A stretch of 64,000 nt of DNA from an uncultured Alphaproteobacteria bacterium (GTDB taxonomy: Bacteria; Pseudomonadota; Alphaproteobacteria; Rhodobacterales; Rhodobacteraceae): NCBI GenBank assembly GCA_963750745.1, contig CAVVSO010000012.1, forward strand, positions 481-64,480. The letters are read 5' to 3'. Below, piece by piece: positions 20,743 through 31,440 of the stretch (positions are counted from its first letter, which is position 1; every line of letters starts with the position of its first letter). Made by a program: the position numbers and the translations under genes. The notes under the pieces were generated by a model that did not search any database, was not told the DNA's origin, and saw only the letters and a list, made by a program, of their open reading frames with translations.

Positions 20743-23067
20743 CTAGGCCAACCTGGCAGCGGGCTTGGCCGCGCCGGCGTGGCCCATGTCGGCGATCGCG
20801 CGGGCGGTGCGGTCGTCGATGATCAGACCGTCGAGGAGGCCGCTCTCGAGCACGGCACGGATGGCTCGGACTTTCACCGTTCCTCCGGCGATCGCGACGA
20901 TCCTTCGGCTCTTCAGGGCAGCCAGGGGCAAGGTGACGATGCGCTGCGAGAGCTCGGTCTCGACCGGGCGTCCCTGCTCGTCGAAGAAGTGGCCGAGCAG
21001 CTCGCCGACGCCGCCGAGCGCGCCTGATCTCGTCGATTTCCGCGGGCTCGATCATTCCGGAGGCGACGAGCGAGGCGTCGGGCTCCGCCGTGCCGATGCC
21101 GGCGACGACGAGGTCGCAGTCCCTGGCCGCGCGCGAACGCCTCGCGAGCGCCGGGTTGGCCGAGCAGGATGTCGCGGTCCTCCCGGGAGCTGGCAACGAA
21201 GGGCACCGGCATCAGCAGAGCCTGAGCGCCGGTGCGCTCGGCCAGGCGATTGATGACGTCATGCGGGTTGGCCGAGAGGGTGCGGGTCAGCCCGCCCATC
21301 AGGGACACGAAGCGCACTTGCGGCGCCGCGAGGCCGGCAAGATCTTCGACGGCCGCCTCCAGCGTGCGGCCGTAGCCGATACCGATCAGCATCCGCTGGT
21401 TGTGTTCGATCTCGTCGGAGAGGAACTTCGATCCCGCGGCGCCAAGCGCCTTCAGCGGCAGCTCGTCCAGATGAAGGTCGGAGATGATCTCGCAATGTCT
21501 GCAGCCCGTAGGTGTCGGCGAGCTGCTGCTGCAGATCGACCTCGCCGGAGGCCGCCATGATCCGCTCCTTGGTGACGTCGGGACCGAATTCGGCGGAGAT
21601 CTTGCCGCGGCGCATGACGATGATGCGGTGCGCGACGCTCAGGCATTCCCCGACCTCCGAGGTCGAGTAGACCACGGCCAGGCCGCGCCTGGCGCCTTCG
21701 GCCAGGAGGCGGAAGACCTCGGACTTGGCGCCGATGTCGATGCCGCGGCTCGGCTCGTCGAGGAGGAGGACGGAGGGGTTCGTCGCCAGCATCTTGCCGA
21801 TCACGACCTTCTGCTGATTGCCGCCGGAGAGCGAGCCGATCATCGCGCCGCCGCCTTCGGTCTTGATGCGGACGCTGTTGATCGATCGGTCGATCAGCTC
21901 CTGCTCGCGCCTGCGCGAGGTGAAGAGCCGTTTGGTGAAGCCGCTGATGCTGGCGAGCGACAGGTTCTGACCGACCGACATGGTCTGCACCAGGCCATCA
22001 CGCTGGCGATCCTCGGGCACCAGCACCAGCCCCGCGGCGATGCGCTCGGCGATGCTGAGCCGCGACACGTCCTTGCCATGGAGGTGAACCGTGCCGGCGG
22101 AGGCGGGAAGCCGGCCGGCGACGCATTCCATCATTTCGGTGCGGCCGGCGCCCATCAGGCCGTAGATGCATACGATCTCGCCCGCGCGCACGTCGAGCGA
22201 GAGACGGTCGACCACCGAATAGTCGGCGCCGCCGGGGGCGGGAACGCTCAGGTTGTCGATCGCGAGCGCGACATCGCCCATCTGGTACCCGGCCGGCGGG
22301 GAGCCGAGATCGAAATTCTCCCCGACCATGTTGCGCACGATCCACTCGAGATCGATCTCGCTGCGCGGCCCGTAGGCGGTCATGGCTCCGTCGCGCAGGA
22401 CCACCGCGTGGTTGGTGATCTGCAGCGCTTCCTCGAGATGGTGGGAGATATAGACGATCGAGACGCCGCGGGCGGTGAGGTCGCGGATGACCTTGAAGAG
22501 CACCTCGACCTCGGAGGCGCTGAGCGCCGAGGTCGGCTCGTCCATGATCAGGATGCGCAAATTGACCGACAGCGCCCGCGCGATCTCCACGATCTGCTGC
22601 TGGCCGAGCCGAAGATCCTCGACCGGGGTCAGCGGATCGATGTCCTCTTCCAGCTCTTCCATCAGGGCGCGGCTCTGGCGCTCCTCCTCGGCGAAGTCGA
22701 CGCCGGTCGCCATGCGGATCTCGCGTCCCATGAAGATGTTGTCGCGGACGCTCAGGTTCGGCGCCAGGCTGAGCTCCTGGTGGATGATCGAGATCCCGCG
22801 GTTGCGCGCGTCCGTCGACGAGGAAAAGCTCACCGGCTTGCCATCGAGGATGATCTCGCCGGAGGTCGGCGCCACCACGCCGGAGAGGACCTTCATCAGG
22901 GTCGACTTTCCGGCGCCGTTCTCGCCGAAGAGAGTCGTGACCTGACCGCGATGGATGTCGAAGTTGACGCCTTTGAGCGCATGGATCGCGCCGTAGGATT
23001 TGGCGACGTTGCGTGCGGCGAGAACGACTTCCTTCGCGTCGGGGCTGGCTGACGGCGCGTCGCTCAT
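20743..23067 (-). CDS. Sugar ABC ATPase (RbsA/EryE-like) continuing into an HTH-less SorC/EryD sugar-binding domain (indels at ~21497, ~21130 and ~21020)
   Basis: GENGAGKS, DEPTSALS, LSGGNQQK, DEPSRGID. ERIMAASGE is followed in frame by VDLQQQLADTYGL, then GIGYGRTL, SLMGGL, MPVPF, GELLGHFFD, LIIDDRTA. Confidence 0.85.
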
Positions 23068-23720
23068 TGCACCTTCAGCTCCACCGGCGTGACGAGCCAG
23101 TTCTTGGGATTGACCAGGGTGAAGGCGCCGACCACCGAGATGGTCTTGTCCTTGAGCGTGCTGGTGTCGACGCTTGCGAGCACCTGCTTTTTCATCTCGT
23201 TGTTTATCGCCGCACCGGCGTTCTGGTATTCGATCTGGTTGGTGAAATGGCCGAACTCGATCTCGCCGGTCGCGTCGCGAAGGTCGGTGCCGTTGATCGC
23301 CGGACCCGTCTGCACCCGGATCTTGATCTCGGGCGGCATGCCGTCGACCGCGACGTTGTAGATCCCCGATTTCCCGTCGCCGACGACGCCGGTGAAGGTG
23401 ACCGGGATCACCGAGCCGATGCCTGCGGGCACGCCGTACTGCTTGGCGGCGGCGGCCTTGTCCGCGACGACGGCGTCCGCGAGGGTCTTCGCATCGACGG
23501 CGCGCTCTTCGATGCTCGACTGGATCTTGGGGAATTCCTCGCTGCCGAACTTCTCCGGCGAGAAGACTTCGTTCGCCACGTCCTCGTCCGAGCCGATCTT
23601 GACGACCTTGGTGTCGAGCGCGATCGCCGCGACGACGAGGACGGCGAGCGCCGCGATCACGAGTCGGCTGCGGTTCGATCTGGCGGGCGCCCGCTCTCCG
23701 AGTTCCGTGCTTGCGCTCAT
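23064..23720 (-). CDS. DUF2291-family periplasmic protein of erythritol transport operons
   Basis: N-terminal TM; VQTGPAINGTDLRDA, FGHFTNQIEYQNAGAAIN. Confidence 0.88.
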   Translation of the reverse strand: MSASTELGERAPARSNRSRLVIAALAVLVVAAIALDTKVVKIGSDEDVANEVFSPEKFGSEEFPKIQSSIEERAVDAKTLADAVVADKAAAAKQYGVPAGIGSVIPVTFTGVVGDGKSGIYNVAVDGMPPEIKIRVQTGPAINGTDLRDATGEIEFGHFTNQIEYQNAGAAINNEMKKQVLASVDTSTLKDKTISVVGAFTLVNPKNWLVTPVELKVQ

Positions 23721-24053
23721 GAAGTGACGACCTCCGAGTTTCCTGCCCTTGCCAGACTTGGGCAATTCTGCCGCATCGACGCCGCGAACGCTGCCGCTCC
23801 CGCGCTTGGGCGCGGTCGAGCGGCGCCTAGTGCGCGGGTGGTGCCGACGGTCGCCTACCGATCGGATCGGCCATTTGCATGAGTTCCGCTCCCCCAGGGC
23901 GCGTCGCGACGGAATTCTCCGCCGGCCGCGCTGCTGTTTCCTTCCCCGTGCGCTGCGTCGCCGACCTTAACGGATTCGCGCGGCCTGTGTCTCCGGCACT
24001 CTGCATTTCGTCTTTGCAACCGCCGCTTCGCCCGAGAAGTTCCAAGGCTGCGG

Positions 24054-24105
24054 TTGACACCTCTGACCATATGTGAAATAAATTACGGTGTCAGCAAAAA
24101 AATGC
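24054..24105 (+). promoter_or_regulatory. eryA promoter/operator region
   Basis: TTGACA at 24054; TGACACC/GGTGTCA inverted repeat (24055-24061 and 24087-24093) around GTGAAATAAATTAC (24073-24086); GCAAAAAAATGC at 24094. Confidence 0.6.
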
Positions 24106-24121
24106 AACTGGGGGACGCGGG

Positions 24122-25744
24122 ATGGCTGATGGTGCGGACCTCCTGATCGGCATCGATTCGGGGACGTCCGTCGTCAAGGCGGTGGCCTTCGATCTCGGCG
24201 GGCGGCAGGTCGCCGCGGCCGCGGTCCTTAACCGGTTCGTGACGGGGAAGGACGGCTCCGCGTGCCAGTCGCTGGAGCAGACCTGGACCGACTGCGTGAG
24301 CGCGCTGCGCGACCTGGGCGAGAAGGTCGAGAACCTCGCGCGCCGCACGGTCGCGATCGCCGTGACCGCGCAGGGGGATGGCACCTGGCTGGTCGGCTCC
24401 GGCAACGCACCGGTCGGGGACGCCTGGCTCTGGCTCGACGCGCGCGCGGCTCCGACGGTCGAGCGCCTCAGCGCCGGGCGGCTGGAAGCCGAGCGGTTCG
24501 AGGCGACCGGCACCGGCCTCAACACCTGCCAGCAGGGTGCGCAGTTAGCGCAGATCGATCGGAGCGCTCCCGAGATCCTCGACCGGGCCGAGGTGGCGCT
24601 CCATTGCAAGGACTGGCTTTATCTGAACCTGACCGGGGTGCGTGCGACCGACCCGTCGGAAGCGAGCTGGACCTTCGGCAACTTTCGCACCCGTCGCTAC
24701 GACGACACGGTGATCGAGGCCCTGGGCCTCACCCGACGTCGCGGCCTCCTGCCCGGGATCATCGACGGCACCGAGATCACCCATCCGCTGACCGATGCGG
24801 CGGCGCGCGCCACCGGCCTTGCCGCGGGAACGCCGGTCAGCCTGGGCTACGTCGATATGGTGATGACGGCGCTGGGCGCGGGCGTGCATACCGGCGATCC
24901 GCATGCCGCCTGCACCATCATCGGATCGACCGGCGTGCATTTGCGCGCGAAGCGGGTGGAGGAGGTGCGGCTGAACGCGGAGCGCACCGGATATGTGATG
25001 ACCTTGCCGGTGCCGGGGATGGTCACGCAGATGCAGACCAACATGGCCGCTGCGCTCAACATCGACTGGGCGCTGCGCGTCGCCGCCGATCTGATGGCCG
25101 AGGCAGGGCAGGAGGTCGCCTTTTCCGACCTCGTCTCGCGGATCGAGCCCTGGCTTGCCGCTTCGCGGCCGGCGACGCTGATCTATCACCCCTACATTTC
25201 CGAGGCCGGCGAGCGCGGTCCCTTCGTCAACGCCAACGCGCGGGCAGGTTTCATCGGGCTGACGAGCGCGCATCGGTTCCCCGATCTGCTGCGTGCGGTG
25301 GTGGAGGGCCTCGGGATGGCCGCGCGGGACTGCTATGCGGCAATGGGCGAGCTGCCGTCCGAATTGCGGCTGAGCGGAGGTGCCGCCCGTTCGCCGTCGC
25401 TGCGCGGGGTGCTCGCCGCCGCGGTGCACGCGCCGGTCCGGGTTTCGAGCCGGGAGGAGGCAGGTGCTGCGGGCGCCGCGATGATGGCGGCGGTAGCGAT
25501 CGGCGCCTACCCGAGCATGGACGATTGCATCGCGCGTTGGGTCACGCCGCTGCTCGGCGCTGCCGAGGCGCCGGACCCCGAGCTCGTCCGGCTCTATGAC
25601 CGGGTGTTTCCGGCCTACGTCCAGGCCCGCGGTGCACTGGCGCCGGTGTGGGAGGCGCTCGCGGGCAGGGGTGCCGAAGCGCAATCGACGAAGGAGGGGG
25701 GATCGCCCACGGCGACCCTGGCATCCGAGAGGAGCACGGCATGA
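24122..25744 (+). CDS. eryA: Erythritol kinase
   Basis: FGGY: GIDSGTSVVKAVAFD, TAQGDGTW, ATDPSEAS, YHPYISEAGERGPF; first gene of eryABCD. Confidence 0.9.
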   Translation: MADGADLLIGIDSGTSVVKAVAFDLGGRQVAAAAVLNRFVTGKDGSACQSLEQTWTDCVSALRDLGEKVENLARRTVAIAVTAQGDGTWLVGSGNAPVGDAWLWLDARAAPTVERLSAGRLEAERFEATGTGLNTCQQGAQLAQIDRSAPEILDRAEVALHCKDWLYLNLTGVRATDPSEASWTFGNFRTRRYDDTVIEALGLTRRRGLLPGIIDGTEITHPLTDAAARATGLAAGTPVSLGYVDMVMTALGAGVHTGDPHAACTIIGSTGVHLRAKRVEEVRLNAERTGYVMTLPVPGMVTQMQTNMAAALNIDWALRVAADLMAEAGQEVAFSDLVSRIEPWLAASRPATLIYHPYISEAGERGPFVNANARAGFIGLTSAHRFPDLLRAVVEGLGMAARDCYAAMGELPSELRLSGGAARSPSLRGVLAAAVHAPVRVSSREEAGAAGAAMMAAVAIGAYPSMDDCIARWVTPLLGAAEAPDPELVRLYDRVFPAYVQARGALAPVWEALAGRGAEAQSTKEGGSPTATLASERSTA

Positions 25745-27253
25745 CAGAGACCGGCATGATCGACCTTCTGGTGATCGGCGGCGGCATCAATGGCGCCGGG
25801 ATCGCCCGCGACGCCGCCGGACGCGGCCTGTCGGTGGTGCTCTGCGAGAAGGACGACCTGGCGGAAGGCTGCTCGTCGCGCTCCGGCAAGCTGGTGCATG
25901 GCGGGCTGCGCTACCTTGAGTACTACGAGTTTCGGCTGGTGCGGGAGGCGCTGATCGAGCGTGAGGTGCTGCTCCGGTCGGCGAGCCACATCATCTGGCC
26001 GATGCGCTTCGTGCTGCCGCACAGCCCCGAGGACCGGCCGGCCTGGCTGGTCCGGCTCGGCCTCTTTCTCTACGATCACCTGGGCGGCCGGAAGAAGCTT
26101 CCGGGAACGCGCGCCCTCGACCTGCGCCGGGACCCGGAAGGCGCGCCGATCCTGGAGAAATACGCCAAGGGATTCGAATACTCCGACTGCTGGGTCGACG
26201 ACGCCCGGCTCGTGGTGCTGAACGCGCTGGGCGCCGCCGAGAAGGGGGCCGAGATCCTGACGCGGACGCCGTGCGTCAGCGCTCGGCGGGAGGACGGCGC
26301 CTGGACCGCGCAGCTGCGGGACGAGCGTACCGGTCAGGTGCGAACGGTTCGCGCGCGGGTGATCGTCAACGCCGCCGGACCGTGGGTGAACGACATCATC
26401 GGTCGGGTGGTCGCCTCGAGCAGCCGCCGCAACGTGCGCCTGGTCAAGGGCAGCCACATCATCGTGCCGAAGTTCTGGGAGGGGCGGCACGCCTACCTGG
26501 TGCAGAACCGCGACAAGCGGGTGATCTTCATCAACCCCTACGAGGGCGACCTCGCGCTGATCGGGACGACCGACATCGCCTACGAAGGCCGGCCCGAGGA
26601 TGTTCAGGCGGACGAGGCGGAGATCGAGTATCTGATCGCGGCGGTCAATCGCTACTTTAAGGAGAAGCTGCGGCGCAGCGACGTGATCCAAAGCTTCTCC
26701 GGGGTTCGGCCGCTATTCGACGACGGGCAGGGCAATCCCTCCGCGGTGACGCGCGATTATGTCTTCGACCTCGACGAGACCGGCGGCGCGCCGCTGCTCA
26801 ATGTCTTCGGCGGCAAGATCACGACGTTTCGCGAGCTGGCGGAGCGCGGCATTCAGCGGCTTGCCAAGTTCTTCCCGAACATGGGCGGCGACTGGACCGG
26901 CTCCGCCCAGCTCCCCGGCGGCGAGATCAGGAATGCGGACTTCGTCCAGTTCGCCGAGGATCTGCGGACGAGCTACCCGTGGATGCCGCGTGACCTGCTC
27001 TATCACTATGCCCGCACCTACGGCGCCCGGACCGACCGGGTCGTCGGCGCCGCGCCCTCGGTCGAGGGGCTCGGCCGCCACTTCGGTGCCCGGCTCTACG
27101 AGGCCGAGGTCCGCTACCTGGTGGCCAACGAGTGGGCGCAGACTCCGGAGGATGTGCTGCACCGCCGCACCAAGCAGGAGCTGCACATGAGCGCCGCGCG
27201 AGCGCGCTGCGTTCGCCGACTGGTTCGAGACGGAGCTTGCTCAGGCCGCCTGA
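25741..27253 (+). CDS. eryB: Erythritol-phosphate dehydrogenase (GlpD family; 3' frameshift)
   Basis: IGGGINGAGIARDAAGRG, SGKLVHGGLRYLEYYEFRLV, GGKITT; position after eryA. Confidence 0.9.
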
Positions 27254-27303
27254 GGCAGCGCGCCCCGACCCGCAGATACCGCCGCCTCGAACGGAGTGGC
27301 TCG

Positions 27304-28237
27304 ATGCCTCTGACCCTTTCGCTCAACACCAACCCATTGGTGAACAGGTTCGCCGATCCCGACGACCTGATCGATACCGTCGCGCGAGACCTGAAGCATC
27401 CGCGACCTCCAGCTCACGCACGAGTTTATCAATCCGAGCTGGCCCGCGTCCGTGATCCGGCGTCTCACCCGCCAGATGGGCGCGGCTCTACGGCGCACCG
27501 GCGTACGGGTGACCTCGGGCATGACCGGTCCCTACGGGCGTCTCAACCACTTCGGGCACCCGGACCGCGATGTCCGGCGCTACTATGTCGATTGGTTCAA
27601 GGCGTTCGCCGACATCATCGGCGAGCTCGGCGGCTTTTCGGTCGGCACGCAGTTCGCGATCCTGACGTATCGGGACTTCGATGAGCCGGCGCGGCGCGAT
27701 GCGCTCATCGATATCGCGATCGACTGCTGGGCGGAGGTTGCCGAGCACGCCCGGGGCGCAGGCTTGCAGTATGTCTTCTGGGAGCCGATGAGCGTCGGCC
27801 GCGAGTTCGGCGAGACGATCGAGGCATGCTTGAAGCTGCAGGACCGGCTCGCCGCGGCCGGCATGGCGATCCCGATGTGGATGATGGCCGATATCGACCA
27901 TGGCGACGTGACCAGCGCCAACCCGGCCGACTACGATCCCTACGCCTGGGCGCGCGCCGTGCCGAAGGTGTCTCCGATCATCCATATCAAGCAGTCGCTG
28001 ATGGACAAGGGCGGACACCGGCCGTTTACCGCGGCGTTCAACGCAAGGGGCAGCATCCAGCCCGAGCCGCTGCTCCGCGCCTTCGCGGAGGGAGGCGCGA
28101 GGGACAACGAGATCTGCCTCGAGCTCTCCTTCAAGGAGCGTGAACCGAACGACCGCGAGGTTATTCCGCAAATTGCGGAGAGCGTCGCGTTCTGGGCGCG
28201 GCATCTCGAGACCGGCGCCTGCGACCTGACGGCGTGA
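27304..28237 (+). CDS. eryC: D-erythrulose-1-phosphate 3-epimerase (TIM barrel; frameshift ~27397)
   Basis: LSLNTNPLVNRFA, SGMTGPYGRLNHFGHPD, WEPMSVGRE, DIDHGD, ELSFKEREP. Confidence 0.9.
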
Positions 28238-28256
28238 GCCGGAAGATCGGCTCAAT

Positions 28257-28307
28257 TTGACAAGGACGCCGCATTTGGAATAGATTGCACTTCGTGAAAA
28301 AAAATAC
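28257..28307 (+). promoter_or_regulatory. eryD promoter with candidate operator
   Basis: TTGACA (28257)-N18-TAGATT (28281); GTGAAAAAAAATAC at 28294-28307. Confidence 0.55.
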
Positions 28308-28354
28308 AGGGCCCGTGCCGCGGAAGTGCAGGGACCGGGCCAGAGGGCCGGCGA

Positions 28355-29302
28355 GTGGCGTCCACGGATCCCGAGAAGTCGTTAGCGATCAGGGCTGTCT
28401 GGCTGCATTACGCCGGCGGATTGACGCAGGCGGCGGTGGCCGAGCGACTTGGCATCCCGTCCGTAAAAGCGCACCGGCTGATCGCCCGGGCGGTGGCCGA
28501 CGGTGTGGTGAAGGTCAGCATCGACGGCGATATTGTCGAGTGCATCGACCTCGAGGAAGGTCTCTGCGCCCGCTTCGGGCTCAGCTACTGCGAGGTGGCG
28601 CCGGACCTCGGCGAGGTTGGATTGCCGCTTCGGTCGCTCGGTCTCGCCGGCGCAAGCTATCTCCGGCGGGAGATCGATCGCAGCGCGCACAAGGTCATCG
28701 GCCTCGGCCATGGTCGCACCCTGGCTGCCGCGGTCCAGCAACTGCCGCGGCTCGACGCCAAGGGCATTCGCTTTGTCTCGCTGCTCGGTGGTCTCACCCG
28801 CAACTACGCCGCGAACCCCTATGATGTGATGCATCGGCTCGCCGAAAGGACCGCCGGGCAAGCCTATGTCATGCCCGTGCCGTTCTTTGCCAACTCGGTC
28901 GGCGATCGCGAGGTGTTGCTCGATCAGCGCGGGGTTCGGGAGGTCTTCGAAATGGCGGAGGCCGCCAGCCTCAAGCTGGTCGGCATCGGGACCGTGGAGC
29001 CGAACGCGCAACTGGTGTCGTCCGGGATGATCGAACCCGGCGAGATCGAGGAGATAATGGCCGGCGGCGGGGTCGGAGAGCTTCTGGGCCACTTCTTCGA
29101 CGCGGAAGGCCGGATGATGGCGACCACGCTCACCGCCCGGACGCTGGCGGCTGGGCTCGGAGAAGCGGGGTCGAGCTCAATGGTCGCGATTGCCGGAGGA
29201 GCCGAGAAGATCGCAGCCATTTCCGCCGTGCTGATGAGCCGCCGTCTGACCGGGCTCATTACCGACGAGACCACCGCGCGGGCGCTTCTCGGCGAAGCCT
29301 GA
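28355..29302 (+). CDS. eryD: SorC/DeoR-family erythritol regulator
   Basis: N-terminal HTH (WLHYAGGLTQAAVAERLG), GLGHGRTL, SLLGGL, MPVPFF, GELLGHFFD, LITDETTA. Confidence 0.9.
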   Translation: MASTDPEKSLAIRAVWLHYAGGLTQAAVAERLGIPSVKAHRLIARAVADGVVKVSIDGDIVECIDLEEGLCARFGLSYCEVAPDLGEVGLPLRSLGLAGASYLRREIDRSAHKVIGLGHGRTLAAAVQQLPRLDAKGIRFVSLLGGLTRNYAANPYDVMHRLAERTAGQAYVMPVPFFANSVGDREVLLDQRGVREVFEMAEAASLKLVGIGTVEPNAQLVSSGMIEPGEIEEIMAGGGVGELLGHFFDAEGRMMATTLTARTLAAGLGEAGSSSMVAIAGGAEKIAAISAVLMSRRLTGLITDETTARALLGEA

Positions 29303-29312
29303 GGCTGGCGGT

Positions 29313-30317
29313 TCAGCGGATCGGCATGCAGCTGTCGCCCACGACAAGGGACGGGGCGAAGATCAGCTTGCGAGGGCTGTCGCCGGCGCAGCCCTCGATT
29401 CGCTCGATGAGGAGCCGGATCGCCTCGGTGGTCATCTCGGTGACCGGATGCTCGGTCCGGGTCAGCCGCGGGCTGATGCCGCCGTGCCCGGCGATGGTGT
29501 CGGTCGAGGCGATGGACACGTCGGCCGGGCATCGCAGTCCGAGGTCGTTGAGCGCCCGCATCACCCCGAGGGCCATGACCCCGTTGGCGACATAGAGCGC
29601 GGTCGGCCGATCCGCGTCCGAAAGCATCTCGCGCGCCACCGAGTAGGCGAGTTCCTCACGAAACTCACCGGAACGCAGGTGGTGCGGATCGGGGGCGAGA
29701 CCGCGCGCCGCCATCGCCTCGCGCATGCCCTGCAACCGGCCGAGGCCGGTGGAGATGCTCATCCGTCCGGTGATCGATCCGATCCGCCGGTGGCCGAGAT
29801 CGAGCAGGTAGTCGGTCGCCTGGCGTCCCGCCGCGACGTTGTCGATCGTGACCGTGTCGAGCCGATCGCCGCCGAGCGCGCGGCCGAGCAAGACCTTGGG
29901 CGGGTGCGCAGCCAGCGTTCCGGGGGCATAGTCCGCGGTGGCTCCGACCGGCACCAGCACCATGCCGTCGCACCCCAGCGTCTGGACGCGCGAGACGATG
30001 CGCCTCTCGGCGTCGAACCGCTCGTCCGAGTTGAAGACGATCAGCGCGTAGCCGGAGGTAGAGGCGGCGGCTTCGGCGGCGCGGACGATCCGCGCGTAGA
30101 ACGGATTGGCGAGATCCGCCACCGAGATCGCGATCAGCTCGCTACGCCCGCGCCGCAGGACCCGCGCGGCGCGCGAGGGCAGGTAGGAAAGCTCCCTCAC
30201 CGCCTTCTCGACGCGCGCCTTCAGCTCGGGCGAGACATACGAGGTGCCGTTCAGCACCGCCGAGACCGTCGCCGTCGAAACCCGCGCCGCGCTCGCAACA
30301 TCCCGGATCGTCGCCAT
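29313..30317 (-). CDS. LacI-family transcriptional regulator
   Basis: MATIRDVASAARVSTATVSAVLNG, ANPFY, LLDLGHRRIG. Confidence 0.93.
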   Translation of the reverse strand: MATIRDVASAARVSTATVSAVLNGTSYVSPELKARVEKAVRELSYLPSRAARVLRRGRSELIAISVADLANPFYARIVRAAEAAASTSGYALIVFNSDERFDAERRIVSRVQTLGCDGMVLVPVGATADYAPGTLAAHPPKVLLGRALGGDRLDTVTIDNVAAGRQATDYLLDLGHRRIGSITGRMSISTGLGRLQGMREAMAARGLAPDPHHLRSGEFREELAYSVAREMLSDADRPTALYVANGVMALGVMRALNDLGLRCPADVSIASTDTIAGHGGISPRLTRTEHPVTEMTTEAIRLLIERIEGCAGDSPRKLIFAPSLVVGDSCMPIR

Positions 30318-30326
30318 GCGCGCGAG

Positions 30327-30436
30327 CTAATCGTTTCGCCGGGGGGTTTGCAACCGTGAGGCTTGGATTTAAGGGTAGATTAACCCTGACCCCTTGCGCT
30401 TCCATGCGATATCGCGAAATCTGGCGAAACGATTAG
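30327..30436. promoter_or_regulatory. Divergent promoter with two inverted 14-bp LacI-type operators and a CtrA-consensus box
   Basis: CTAATCGTTTCGCC (30327-30340) is the exact reverse complement of GGCGAAACGATTAG (30423-30436); TTAA-GGGTAGA-TTAAC at 30369-30384. Confidence 0.7.
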
Positions 30437-30470
30437 GCGGCGCGGAACGGCCGTCGGCAGGGAGGGTTCG

Positions 30471-31410
30471 ATGAAGGCACTGCACTTTGGCGCTGCACTG
30501 GTGGCGCTTGCCGTGGCGGCGCAGGCTGAGGCGCAGGACAAGCCGATGCTGGGCATCGTCTCGATCTCGGCGACCGAGGCCAACAACGTGCGCTACATCA
30601 ACGGCGCGACCAAGGCGGCGGATGAGCTCGGCTGGGCCGTCAACGTGGTGGACGCGGCCGGGCTCGGCCGACCAGGCAAACGCCGCGATCCAGAATTTCG
30701 CGCAGGTGGGGGCGACCGCCATCGTCGACATGGTGTTTCCCTGGTCCTCGATCGGCGCCGGGCTCGATGCGGCCAAGCAGGCCGGCATTCCGGTGGTGAG
30801 CTGGGGCGGCGGGCTCGGCTCGACGGTGGCGGCGACCAACGGCTCGGGCGGACCGATGGCGGTTCCGGTGGTGGATCTGATGGTCGAGAAGATGGGGGGC
30901 AAGGGCTCGGTGCTGGCGCTCACCTATCGGACCGGCGAGGTCTGCCGCAACCGCGAGGAGGTCATGGACGGCATCCTCGCCAAGAACCCGGAGATCACCG
31001 TGACCAAGAACGAGGTGCGGATCCCCGGCTATTTCGAGGACGGCGCGCAGTATGCCAACGCCTGGCTCGCCTCGCACCCGGCGGGGCAGGAGAACCTGGC
31101 GATCTGGGGCTGCTGGGACGACCCCTCGATCGGCGCGATCGGCGCGCTGCGCGCCCAGGGCCGTGACGATGTCGAGGTCTACGGGATCAACGGCAATGCG
31201 CAGGCGCTGGAGAACATCAAGAACGGCCATATGACCGCCACCGCCTGGCAGGACTCCTTTACCGAGGGGTTCAACATGGTCAAGATGCTCGCCGACATCA
31301 AAAAGGCCGGCGACGCATGGAAGCCGACGGCAGCCGAGGTCCCGGCGGTCCTGGTGACGCAGGAGACCGTCGGGGAGTTCCTGAGCCAGCATCCCGAGGC
31401 GCTGCAATAG
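30471..31410 (+). CDS. Sugar-type ABC substrate-binding protein (frameshift ~30660)
   Basis: Signal peptide MKALHFGAALVALAVAAQAEA; type I periplasmic binding fold motifs (AIWGCWDDP, VYGING). Confidence 0.85.
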
Positions 31411-31440
31411 CGGAGCGTCCGGCGGGTGAACGACGGCCGG

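Noticed and set aside
25741-27253. Calling this gene glpD
   Set aside because: Its position between eryA and eryC supports the EryB assignment
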